This document shows, one piece after another, positions 20,665 to 29,141 of a stretch of 64,000 nt of DNA (the stretch's first letter is position 1; every line of letters starts with the position of its first letter). Source of the DNA: Nitrosopumilus sp. (GTDB taxonomy: Archaea > Thermoproteota > Nitrososphaeria > Nitrososphaerales > Nitrosopumilaceae); NCBI GenBank assembly GCA_965249555.1, contig OZ252243.1:1952001-2016000 (forward strand). Reading direction: 5' to 3'. A program made the position numbers and the translations under genes. The notes beneath the pieces were generated by a model. It was given only the letters and a program-made list of their open reading frames with translations. It was not told where the DNA came from and did no database searches.

Positions 20665-21219
20665 ATGGGATTAGACGTTTTTGATGCTATCGCATTAACT
20701 ATTCATGCAAACAACGACGAAATCGTAAGTAAAACAACAATACAGAAATTAATTTACTTTCATACGGTTACAATCAAGAATTTAGACATTTCAAACTATA
20801 CTCATTATTTCTATGGCCCATTTAATCGAGAAGTATCAGCTGCATTAGAAGACATGTCTGAATTTTCATATATTGATCAAAATATTATTTCAGGATACTA
20901 TGAAACTTACAATTACAGGTTAACATATAACGGAATCAAATATGCTGAAACCGCAATGGAGAAATATTCTGATGAATTCAAAACAATTTCTAAAACTATC
21001 GAGATATGTAAAGAATACTGCGAACTAAAACCAACACCACTATCATATGCAGCAAAGGCACACTATATTTTAGCAAACTCAAAAGATCAATTTAAAGACA
21101 AATATTTAGCAGAAGATGTAAAAATAATTGCAAAAGATTTTGATTGGAATATTTCCACAGAAGATGCATTAACTGGACTCGCACTACTTCAAAACCTCAA
21201 CCTTGTCTCTACCTCATAG
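20665..21219 (+). CDS. SocA/Panacea/YwgA-like protein
   Basis: SKTTIQKLIYF and YTHYFYGPF motifs. Confidence 0.75.
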   Translation: MGLDVFDAIALTIHANNDEIVSKTTIQKLIYFHTVTIKNLDISNYTHYFYGPFNREVSAALEDMSEFSYIDQNIISGYYETYNYRLTYNGIKYAETAMEKYSDEFKTISKTIEICKEYCELKPTPLSYAAKAHYILANSKDQFKDKYLAEDVKIIAKDFDWNISTEDALTGLALLQNLNLVSTS

Positions 21220-21376
21220 TTATTTTAGGTCCAAAGCAATCAGAGATCCGCTTTATGGATTCATTGATCTTTCTGAATTAGAAACTAAAGTAATAGATAC
21301 TGAAATTTTTAGAAGGCTGCAGTTTATCAAACAACTTAAAAGACTGAAATCTTCAACAAATCTCCCAAAAGATTGA
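21203..21376 (+). pseudogene. N-terminal fragment of an HD-domain phosphohydrolase (YwfO/SAMHD1-like)
   Basis: Manual translation: MSLPHSYFRSKAIRDPLYGFIDLSELETKVIDTEIFRRLQFIKQL, then similarity is lost near 21337. Confidence 0.8.
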
Positions 21377-21471
21377 TGGGTTTTAGAATCATTTACAATA
21401 ATTCCAATGTTAACAGGCTCGTTTCTTACTGGGTCTGGAATAAATCTTGCAACAACAAAACTATACGTCAT
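21253..21471 (-). pseudogene. Truncated DUF3037-like protein
   Basis: YSFVVARFIPDPVRNEPVNIGII N-terminal signature; the remainder is antisense to the HD fragment. Confidence 0.7.
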
Positions 21472-21550
21472 ATCTGTTACCTTTGATTACCGCCAAGTGG
21501 TAAATGGTCTCACAATTCTGCAAATTCATCAAAACTTTCATAGAAATTTA

Positions 21551-21649
21551 GAAGAGTGAATCTTTTGGAATTGTCCTTTACTCTGTCTTGCTGTATGCAT
21601 AGACATGTAACACGACAATAGGATGTGTGGTGCTAACTTCAATCTTCAT
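21551..21649 (-). ncRNA. Candidate structured RNA-A, copy 2
   Basis: GAAGA.TGAA/TTCA.TCTTC closing stem; apical hairpin TTGTC..TTAC..TGTC...GACA.GTAA...GACAA conserved. Confidence 0.55.
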
Positions 21650-21651
21650 TG

Positions 21652-21722
21652 ATTTTATGTTAAATTGAATGATAAACTAGATCAATCATATTATTTACAT
21701 TTGTAGTAATTTAACATAAAAT
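21652..21722. promoter_or_regulatory. Perfect 15-bp inverted repeat in the divergent promoter region
   Basis: ATTTTATGTTAAATT (21652-21666) / AATTTAACATAAAAT (21708-21722); degenerate equivalent in copy 1. Confidence 0.5.
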
Positions 21723-21784
21723 TATAAACAAATATTAGGATTATTTCAAGAAATACTTAAATCTAATTTCAGCATATATACACT

Positions 21785-21933
21785 GACGAGGAACTATCAG
21801 ACCTGTCGAAATTCAAAGAGAAAACTTTGAGGAGGTAGATAGATAGAAAAAAAGGAAAACACGAAAAAAGATGGAAGCATCTAAAATTCTAACATGTTTT
21901 CCAGTAACCTCGTTTCCTAATTCGTTATTTTTT
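21785..21933 (+). ncRNA. Candidate structured RNA-B, copy 2
   Basis: GACGAGG/CCTCGTT, CTATC/GATAG, ACCT/AGGT, GGAAAACA/TGTTTTCC, AGATG-GAAG-CATCT; CTTAAAT 29 nt upstream. Confidence 0.7.
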
Positions 21934-22402
21934 GACAAACTTATATGAATATATTATAATCATAAATTTTTGTTTAAAGTATCCAATACATTTAATTTCT
22001 TTTCATGCGTATGCTATTCTACACATGTACAAATCAGTGAATCTTCTCGAATACAAATTATATCATAGAAAATGTGATTTATTATTACAAGAAACAGAAA
22101 TTAGATTTGCAGGATTCTTAGACACTATGGGTAATCTCATCGCTGGAGGATTCAGAGAAGGTGTAACACCACTTAATGATGAATCAGAAAGGATCAAACT
22201 TCATATGGAAACTCTTCTACGAGTAAAAACAGAACAAGACTTTGATTATGACTTGGGAACTGTCGAGTACTCTGTTTCACAAAGGAAAAAAGTTATCACA
22301 TTTACTTTTGCATTTGATAGTAAGGTACTATTTGTATCAACAGAAACAAATGTTGAAATCGAAAAGACTGCTCAAAAAATAATAAAAATTTGTAGTATTT
22401 GA
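21932..22402 (+). CDS. DUF6659-like (roadblock/profilin-like) protein; real start probably near 22025
   Basis: EIRFAGFLDTMGNLIAGGFREGVTPL...FDYDLGTVEYSVSQRKKV. Confidence 0.75.
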   Translation: MTNLYEYIIIINFCLKYPIHLISFHAYAILHMYKSVNLLEYKLYHRKCDLLLQETEIRFAGFLDTMGNLIAGGFREGVTPLNDESERIKLHMETLLRVKTEQDFDYDLGTVEYSVSQRKKVITFTFAFDSKVLFVSTETNVEIEKTAQKIIKICSI

Positions 22403-22426
22403 TTTAAAGTTGATAAATATTTTATT

Positions 22427-22832
22427 CTAGTCTCCACATACTTTTCCAAATTTTTCATAAAATTGTTTTACATCTTCAATGTTATCTAAGACTTGGTTGA
22501 TATTTGTATCTGGAAATCTATTATCAAACCATTCTTTGTATTTTAAATCATTAGCATACATGTCATTATAATATTGACCTCCTTTACTACTATTATAGAC
22601 ACATAATGTGAAATCATCTATCTGTCTTAACTCTGGATTTGCACTCTCAATTTGCTCAATTGCCTGATTTACTTCATCAAGTTTATTTTGTATTTCTGAT
22701 AAAGTATCTGGCAGAGACTGTTTCATCATCAATATCTGAAACCATTTTTTCCATAGATGCTAAAGTCATTATTGTTCCTGTTGCAATAATTACGATCACA
22801 GCAATGATTACAATAATTATGATCGGTTTCAC
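22427..22832 (-). pseudogene. Frameshifted secreted/membrane-anchored protein
   Basis: A GTG-start hydrophobic leader (MKPIIIIVIIAVIVIIATG...) is one frame off from the 22427-22732 ORF (...YKEWFDNRFPD...). Confidence 0.5.
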
Positions 22833-23111
22833 ATGTTTTCTACATTAACCTAAGAATTAAGAATTACAAGATATTCGTGCTTCATAATTCGGCAAACTCA
22901 TCATAAATAAGAGGAATCAGAGAGAACACCTTGGTATAATCATCAGCATATCTGCTGGAATTCTCAAATTATAAAACGCTTTGAAAAAAATAAAATCATG
23001 CTCTATTTGATCGCAATTAATCTAGGCACAAATTACAAAAATTTCTTTAAGTAGAGTGTAATTATTTTTCATTCTGATTTTTTATCTCGAGTACAATTCT
23101 AACCATTTCAT

Positions 23112-23215
23112 CGAGTCAGGAGTACCTCGCGGTGTTATCTGGAAGGGCCCAATGCTCACATAAACTAGTTAATGCGTAACAGAGCCTCCAAACTAAGGAG
23201 ACTGACTTTTTTTTA
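23112..23215 (+). ncRNA. Candidate ~100-nt structured RNA
   Basis: GC-rich island; AGTCAG/CTGACT closing stem then T8; CTCC/GGAG hairpin; TTTTTTATC box about 30 nt upstream. Confidence 0.5.
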
Positions 23216-23284
23216 GATCAAAAATTATTGTTAGGGTAATCTTTGTTCTAGGTTTATTTGTCTCCTATAAAGTAACTACTATTA

Positions 23285-24412
23285 GTGAACGTGAAGATTA
23301 TCGTAATTGCATTATCTGTAGTAATGCTGGGAACATTTGTTTTCCCTACTTTTGCACAGCAGTTCAAAGAACCAAATTATGATATACGTGGGGGAACCAT
23401 TTTGGGCTTTGAGATCGATTCTGAATCCACATCGCTAATAATCGCACTTGATGCTAGAGCCCGTGGAGAATTAATCATAACACTGCCTCGGAATTTAATT
23501 GATGCAAGAACTGGTTCTGAGGATATTAATTTTGAAATCTTTGTTAGTGGTTTGAAACTTAGTTCATATGATGAAGAAATAACATCTTTTGATAGAACAG
23601 TTACAATTCCATTCAAACGATCAAACAATGAATTAATAATAACTGGAACAAAAATTTTCAACCAAGTATCAACTACTCCAATTACTAAACCACAACAAAT
23701 AGAGCAAATAATAGAATCTGAATTAAGAAAAGAAATTCCTGAAGGTAATGCAAAACTCTTGATATTCTCTGATACCCAATGGTCTGGTGCAATGGAATCA
23801 TCGAGTTTTGAATATGCCGAAATAGCTGGTCAAGGTGATAAGAGTGTCATTTTTGGGTGTGAATCCTCCTTTGGTCGTCAGGGAGTTTTTGGTGCAAAAA
23901 TTGAAAAATTAACACAAGATGGTTATGTGCGACTTGTTGTAATACAGAATCAAGAAATATTATCTCAGGGAACAACTGTGGCAGAATTTGGTGATGTACT
24001 AATCAATGGTAATTGTTTTTCAAGTTTTAGTGCTGCTCCTGGTGGAGGATGTTTAATTGCAACTGCAACATATGGTACAGAACTAGCACCACAAGTACAA
24101 CAACTACGAGAACTTAGAGATAATCAGTTACTCCAAACAGAATTAGGAACATCCTTTACAGAATCATTTAACGAATTTTACTATTCTTTTTCACCAATTA
24201 TAGCAGACTATGAACGTGAAAATCCTGTTTTCAAAGAAATGGTCAGACTAGCAATTACCCCCTTGATTTCATCACTATCAATTTTGAATTATGTTGATAT
24301 GGATTCAGAAGAATCAGTGCTAGGTTATGGAATTTCATTGATTCTACTAAATATTGGAATGTATGTTGGAATTCCAGCTGTAGTGATTGTTGGGATTAGA
24401 AAAAGATTCTAA
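23285..24412 (+). CDS. Secreted CFI-box-CTERM domain protein
   Basis: Signal peptide; GGGCLIATATYGTELAPQVQQLRELRD; C-terminal TM helix plus basic tail. Confidence 0.9.
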   Translation: MNVKIIVIALSVVMLGTFVFPTFAQQFKEPNYDIRGGTILGFEIDSESTSLIIALDARARGELIITLPRNLIDARTGSEDINFEIFVSGLKLSSYDEEITSFDRTVTIPFKRSNNELIITGTKIFNQVSTTPITKPQQIEQIIESELRKEIPEGNAKLLIFSDTQWSGAMESSSFEYAEIAGQGDKSVIFGCESSFGRQGVFGAKIEKLTQDGYVRLVVIQNQEILSQGTTVAEFGDVLINGNCFSSFSAAPGGGCLIATATYGTELAPQVQQLRELRDNQLLQTELGTSFTESFNEFYYSFSPIIADYERENPVFKEMVRLAITPLISSLSILNYVDMDSEESVLGYGISLILLNIGMYVGIPAVVIVGIRKRF

Positions 24413-24484
24413 AACATCCAGTTATCCTGAAAAAATCACCATACCATAGTATAATTATACCTAATACCTAGTGAATAGTGTAAT

Positions 24485-25345
24485 TTGTCTAGATATGAAA
24501 ACCCCAAAATCAATGTGAATATGGGAGCAGCCAAAGGAGTTATGATTGGCATTGTTGTATTAATTATAATTGGAGTAGTAATTGCTTCTGCAGTCCAAAT
24601 TGTAGATGCAGGACATAGAGGTGTTTTGCTACACTGGAACGCAGTTGATCTTAACGTTCAACCATTAACTGAAGGGCTGCACTTTGTAATGCCATTTGCA
24701 GACTCTGTGGTTCAAATGGAAATTAGAACATTGAAATTTGTAAAGGCGACATCATCTGCTTCAAAAGACCTTCAGACAGTATCCACTGAAATCACAGTAA
24801 ACTATCATCCTGCCCCCAACTCTGTTAATAAATTATTCCAATCAGTAGGATTAGACTATGAAAATAGAATAATCACGCCAACTGTCGAGGAAGTTGTAAA
24901 ACAAGTTACTGCAAACTATAACGCAGAAGAATTAATCACAAAAAGACCTCAAGTAAAGTCAGACATTGAAGCAGAAATTAATACCCGTTTAACTAAATTC
25001 GATATAGTTACAGAAATTGTATCAATTACTGACTTTCAATTTTCAACATTATTTGCTCAAGCCATTGAATCAAAAGTAGAGGCAGAGCAAAAGGCATTCA
25101 AAGCAGAAAATGATCTTAAAAGAATTGAGGTAGAGGCAAGACAACATGCAGCGCAGGCCGAAGGTATTGCTGCAGCAAACATTGCACAAGCAAATGGTGA
25201 AGCCACAGCAATTAGAATCATCAATGAAGCACTCTCATCTAATCCACAATATTTGGAATGGCTAAAAACACAACAATGGGATGGAAAATTACCTCTTGTA
25301 GTTGGTGAAGGTGGAACACCATTTATTGCAATACCCACTCAATAA
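24485..25345 (+). CDS. SPFH/prohibitin (band 7) family protein
   Basis: N-terminal TM, VDAGHRGV, EGLHF, SKDLQ, AIESKVEAEQ, WDGKLP. Confidence 0.92.
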   Translation: MSRYENPKINVNMGAAKGVMIGIVVLIIIGVVIASAVQIVDAGHRGVLLHWNAVDLNVQPLTEGLHFVMPFADSVVQMEIRTLKFVKATSSASKDLQTVSTEITVNYHPAPNSVNKLFQSVGLDYENRIITPTVEEVVKQVTANYNAEELITKRPQVKSDIEAEINTRLTKFDIVTEIVSITDFQFSTLFAQAIESKVEAEQKAFKAENDLKRIEVEARQHAAQAEGIAAANIAQANGEATAIRIINEALSSNPQYLEWLKTQQWDGKLPLVVGEGGTPFIAIPTQ

Positions 25346-25363
25346 TTTAATTAAAATTTTAAA

Positions 25364-25669
25364 CTAATTCTTTTTTTCAGTATTTGATTTGTCTCTGGTT
25401 GCATCATACATTGAAAGAAATTGATCAGGCTCATGTTGTCTGTAACGTTTTTGAAGTTTTGATATTTCTTTATCTGAAATTTTCTCGCCCTTACTTGCGT
25501 GAAATTCTTTTATGATTTGAAATTGGGTTTTTTTAATATTGAATTCTTTTAGAGTGGCATTCACTGATCTATTACACATAATATCCTTAATTAGAAAACG
25601 ATATACCAAATAGCCTGAGATTCCTACAATGGAAACTATTGTTAGTGGTATAATGATAAAAATTACCAT
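25364..25669 (-). CDS. Hypothetical membrane-anchored protein
   Basis: N-terminal hydrophobic helix. Confidence 0.7.
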   Translation of the reverse strand: MVIFIIIPLTIVSIVGISGYLVYRFLIKDIMCNRSVNATLKEFNIKKTQFQIIKEFHASKGEKISDKEISKLQKRYRQHEPDQFLSMYDATRDKSNTEKKN

Positions 25670-25823
25670 ACTTTTTTACTGATTTACTTGGTATTTCATT
25701 GTATTTATTGCAAATAATTTGAGGCTAGAATTATTTTTTTTTAATTACTAAATAATTAGATGAAGCTAATTAGTTTGATCTAATTTTCATACAGTTTAAA
25801 TCAATTATTGATAATATTTCTAT

Positions 25824-26000
25824 ATGAAAAGTAGTTCATGCAGAATGTGTGGCGAAGAATTAGAAGTAAAGAAAAAATGTGATATTTGCAATCAAGCTAA
25901 TCAGTTTTTTTGTCATAGTTGTGGACATGTAACTGAAGAACAAATTCATAATCAGTGTACAATGGTAAGTTTTGGTCATACATTGCTTAATCTAACATAG
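25824..26000 (+). CDS. 58-aa multi-CxxC zinc-ribbon microprotein
   Basis: MKSSSCRMCGEELEVKKKCDICNQANQFFCHSCGHVTEEQIHNQC...; TTTAAAT about 28 nt upstream. Confidence 0.75.
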   Translation: MKSSSCRMCGEELEVKKKCDICNQANQFFCHSCGHVTEEQIHNQCTMVSFGHTLLNLT

Positions 26001-26015
26001 AAAATATTTTTTAAA

Positions 26016-26366
26016 TTATTCATTCCATATTGGCTGTGTTTTAAGCCATGCAATCAAATCTACATATAATTTACTCTTTTGCATGCTTAATGCAGCAATT
26101 TCAAGATTAGTTGATGATTTGACAGTTTTTGTATATTTTTCATATTTTGAAAAAACTATCTTATCTAGATACATCTCGTTTTGCATCTCTTTTTTTGCCA
26201 ACTCTTCAGATTCACTCATGGCGAAACTTGCAAATAAAACCCCATCAACCCAATATGTTGTACTAGCTTCTAATGAAGACATCATTCCTATGAGATCATC
26301 TAGGCTTAGTTTTATCATATCTCGAACAAAAATTCGATCATATGGTTTATGGATAAACTCTGTCAT
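26016..26366 (-). CDS. Conserved-looking archaeal hypothetical protein
   Basis: PYDRIFV...YWVDGVLF pattern. Confidence 0.75.
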   Translation of the reverse strand: MTEFIHKPYDRIFVRDMIKLSLDDLIGMMSSLEASTTYWVDGVLFASFAMSESEELAKKEMQNEMYLDKIVFSKYEKYTKTVKSSTNLEIAALSMQKSKLYVDLIAWLKTQPIWNE

Positions 26367-26435
26367 GAAATTTGTTTTTTATAGAGTTTAATGAACATTT
26401 GGAAATTTAATAACTAGTTTTTTAGAAATCATCTC

Positions 26436-26672
26436 ATGACTGAAAAACCTAATGATTCCTCTGGGTATGATCTGTTTGTAACAGAATTTCCAAAAAAGGG
26501 TCTTGGCATAATTGATTATCTTCAAGGCAGAGTCCATTTTGCTTTACTTGATCAAATGAAATTAATGACAACATCTGGAATGACACAAGCAAAAATTAAG
26601 GAAACGATTATTGCTAATGTGAATGAAATAATAGAAAACTTTGATCCACAAAAAGAATCAAAAAGTCATTGA
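26436..26672 (+). CDS. Hypothetical protein
   Basis: 78-aa ORF with ATG and TATA upstream. Confidence 0.7.
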   Translation: MTEKPNDSSGYDLFVTEFPKKGLGIIDYLQGRVHFALLDQMKLMTTSGMTQAKIKETIIANVNEIIENFDPQKESKSH

Positions 26673-26783
26673 TTTCATTTTTGCTGATTCTGCCATGATG
26701 ATTTTGTGGCATTTACAATAGCAGTTAGTATGTGGCATATCGTTATCGTTTCTGTATTTGCATTCTTTTGTGTGCTCAATCAT
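26658..26783 (-). CDS. 41-aa Cys/His microprotein (CxCxCH)
   Basis: MIEHTKECKYRNDNDMPHTNCYCKCHKIIMAESAKMKSMTF. Confidence 0.55.
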   Translation of the reverse strand: MIEHTKECKYRNDNDMPHTNCYCKCHKIIMAESAKMKSMTF

Positions 26784-26808
26784 TGACAATTTTTAGACTC
26801 ATGTTGTG

Positions 26809-27201
26809 TTATGCTAAAGTTGGGTCACGGCTCAGTATGTTTAGTATGTGCTCAACAATCTGTTTTTGACCTCCGCTATGAAGGTCTGTTCGTACTTGAT
26901 CAGAACCCAAACTAACAAAAATTAGATTGTCTTCTCCTAGAGGAAAAGTCATTCTTGTAATCTTTTCAAATGCTGCTATTGCATACAATCCCTTTCCAAT
27001 TTTTGGACTCAATCCCTTTCTTCCTTTCCATGCACTAGCTGCTCTTTTGAGCGAGGATTCAGTCTCTTCTGGAGATAAATAATTTGCAACCTCTGGACGA
27101 TGATTTGTGGCAAGTATATTTCCTTCAATATCTGCAATTATACTGTGTCTGATGTTAGGGTCTGAGTCCATTATCTTCTTTAACAGATTTCGGAAATTCA
27201 T
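26809..27201 (-). CDS. DUF6659-like (roadblock/profilin-like) protein
   Basis: DPNIRHSIIADIEGNI...IGKGLYAIAAFEKITRMTFPL. Confidence 0.75.
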   Translation of the reverse strand: MNFRNLLKKIMDSDPNIRHSIIADIEGNILATNHRPEVANYLSPEETESSLKRAASAWKGRKGLSPKIGKGLYAIAAFEKITRMTFPLGEDNLIFVSLGSDQVRTDLHSGGQKQIVEHILNILSRDPTLA

Positions 27202-27631
27202 CTTATCTTCTATGGTTGTATATTACTTAAGGGATCTCCAAATTTTCACTTTAAAAAAAATTCCTTTAATGAATATCATGAATTAAAAAATAATCACCTT
27301 CTAAATTTCTAAGGTAATTCATTACTGTTTTTTGATTTTTCTTTACACCAGCAGTTAGGACTGCATTCAGAGGTAAAATCTGACATTTTATTCATCTGAA
27401 ATGAGCCAAGAAAGCCCAATTACTTCTTCCCATGATGGTTGATAATTTTTATTTTGCATGCTTTAGTTTGTTAAATTTTCTATTTAACAAATGTGAATGA
27501 TTCATCAGTATCAATGATATGAACAATTCAGTAGTGATTCTTTATATTGAATTTCAATTATTTTTAGTACCCGACCATAAATGGTGATGATTCAAACTTC
27601 CATGAGTTTTGAATCTCATCATTTTCTAATT

Positions 27632-28108
27632 CTAACTAAGTAAATTTGCAGTTTTTTCATAAAAAAATTCCTGCTTTTTCAAATCTTTTTCAGAAATAGT
27701 CCTGCATTTTCTCATAGGAACCAGTCTAGAAATTTGTTCATATGTACTCATATCTATGATGTCTGCAGCATACGCAATTTGCAAGAGTGGTGGTCTCTCT
27801 TCAATCATTGGTTTTACTTGCTCATATCCGCTGCTTTGTTTCATTCCTGTTCTGAATAATCCAATATGCTTATCACTTTTCGATATTTGGGGATCTTGGT
27901 AACAACAAATTGCATATTCATCCTCCTCTTTTTCAATAATTGTTAATCTGGTGAATCTCTCACTCCAGTCTTCAATCTCTTTGGCAATAGAAATGGCCTC
28001 TTTTTTATCCTCAAATACGGTTGTAACAACAAATCTATCTTTTTCATATGCCCATGAAATTCCAAAATTTACATGCCAATCAATTTCAAATGTCATGTAT
28101 TTGATCAA
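27632..28108 (-). CDS. Hypothetical protein
   Basis: 158-aa ORF with protein-like composition. Confidence 0.7.
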   Translation of the reverse strand: MIKYMTFEIDWHVNFGISWAYEKDRFVVTTVFEDKKEAISIAKEIEDWSERFTRLTIIEKEEDEYAICCYQDPQISKSDKHIGLFRTGMKQSSGYEQVKPMIEERPPLLQIAYAADIIDMSTYEQISRLVPMRKCRTISEKDLKKQEFFYEKTANLLS

Positions 28109-28165
28109 AAAATTAACAAATTAATGCTTTCGAATTTTATTTATACATATTATACAAAAAAAGAA

Positions 28166-28303
28166 TTAAGGTATGGTTGATAATGGCATCATTTCACAAT
28201 CACACTTTTCTCTTTTTCCGCAATATGGACAATTACAGTCACAATAAAGCAATGCCACTCCGCATGATCCGCACTTTGTGTATTCCGCAAAATCATCTCT
28301 CAT
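28166..28303 (-). CDS. 45-aa Cys-rich, metallothionein-like microprotein
   Basis: MRDDFAEYTKCGSCGVALLYCDCNCPYCGKREKCDCEMMPLSTIP (8 Cys). Confidence 0.7.
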   Translation of the reverse strand: MRDDFAEYTKCGSCGVALLYCDCNCPYCGKREKCDCEMMPLSTIP

Positions 28304-28454
28304 TACACTTACCTCACATGTCTTCTTATGGTAAACAAAATTGATAAGTTACATGTTGAAATTATAAAAATTAGTTTTATTTTTACATGTTAATTAAACA
28401 AATGTTTGAAGAATGATGCAAATTTCTTTTATATCTTGAGGCTGACATAATACT

Positions 28455-28510
28455 GACGCCTTCGTTTAGTGGTCTAGGCATGCTATAAACGATCACTACT
28501 CCAAGACGTC
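28455..28510 (+). ncRNA. Candidate ~56-nt structured RNA
   Basis: GACGCCTT/AAGACGTC closing stem; CGTTTA/TAAACG and TAGTGGTC/GATCACTA pairings; TTTTATAT about 28 nt upstream. Confidence 0.45.
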
Positions 28511-28512
28511 GC

Positions 28513-28662
28513 TTAATCATGTTTTTTTAATAATGCTTCTTCAGGTGTTTTTTCTTTGTTTGATTCCCAATGCCAACTGTGATGTTTTTTCCAATGTTTA
28601 TCTGATTCTTCAGTAGTTGGTTCTTTTCCAAGTGGGCTTCCACACAATTTACACTGTTTCAT
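28513..28662 (-). CDS. 49-aa C2H2-like zinc-finger microprotein
   Basis: MKQCKLCGSPLGKEPTTEESDKHWKKHHSWHWE... Confidence 0.75.
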   Translation of the reverse strand: MKQCKLCGSPLGKEPTTEESDKHWKKHHSWHWESNKEKTPEEALLKKHD

Positions 28663-28779
28663 TTTTTGAATCCTTGGGTTTTCTCTTTTTTGGTTTAATT
28701 ATAGGATGACATTGTACAGGAAAATTTTCATCATTATCCATTTACTAGAGTTGTAAGTTGTACAAAATTAAGAGTTTGG

Positions 28780-29118
28780 TTATTTTCTTTTTTTCTTAAA
28801 GGATCTGAATTTTTCTCTCTTCCTTTTTCTTTCTAAATTCATAATAGAATATGTATTTCCAATTTCACAAAGTTTCATTTCCCCTGTAAATTCATCATGG
28901 GTTGCCTCTAGTGAACTCTTAGACAATAACTCTCCTATGATATCCCATGATTTGCTTTCTGAAATTTCAAATTTATACGGAATTGTTGAAGCTTTGGTAA
29001 AAAAACCACTCTTTGAATTCCTTAAAATAAATAATTCAATTTTTTGCTCTATGCTCAAAGAAGGTTCTCTCTTTTTGAATTTTCTAAATGGTTTTCTTTC
29101 TGACAATGTTTTTTCCAA
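28780..29118 (-). CDS. Basic hypothetical protein (possible wHTH)
   Basis: 112-aa Lys/Arg-rich ORF. Confidence 0.65.
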   Translation of the reverse strand: MEKTLSERKPFRKFKKREPSLSIEQKIELFILRNSKSGFFTKASTIPYKFEISESKSWDIIGELLSKSSLEATHDEFTGEMKLCEIGNTYSIMNLERKRKREKFRSFKKKRK

Positions 29119-29141
29119 TATTTTCTAGTATTTTAGCTAAA

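Larger units (their letters stand above)
21551..21933. repeat. ~380-bp non-coding cassette, copy 2 (homologous to 16206-16609)
   Basis: Same colinear blocks as copy 1, same orientation. Confidence 0.92.

Noticed and set aside
21783-21830. Hammerhead-like CTGACGA core in RNA-B copy 2
   Set aside because: Copy 1 has ATAACGA at the same position, and the motif straddles the predicted start.
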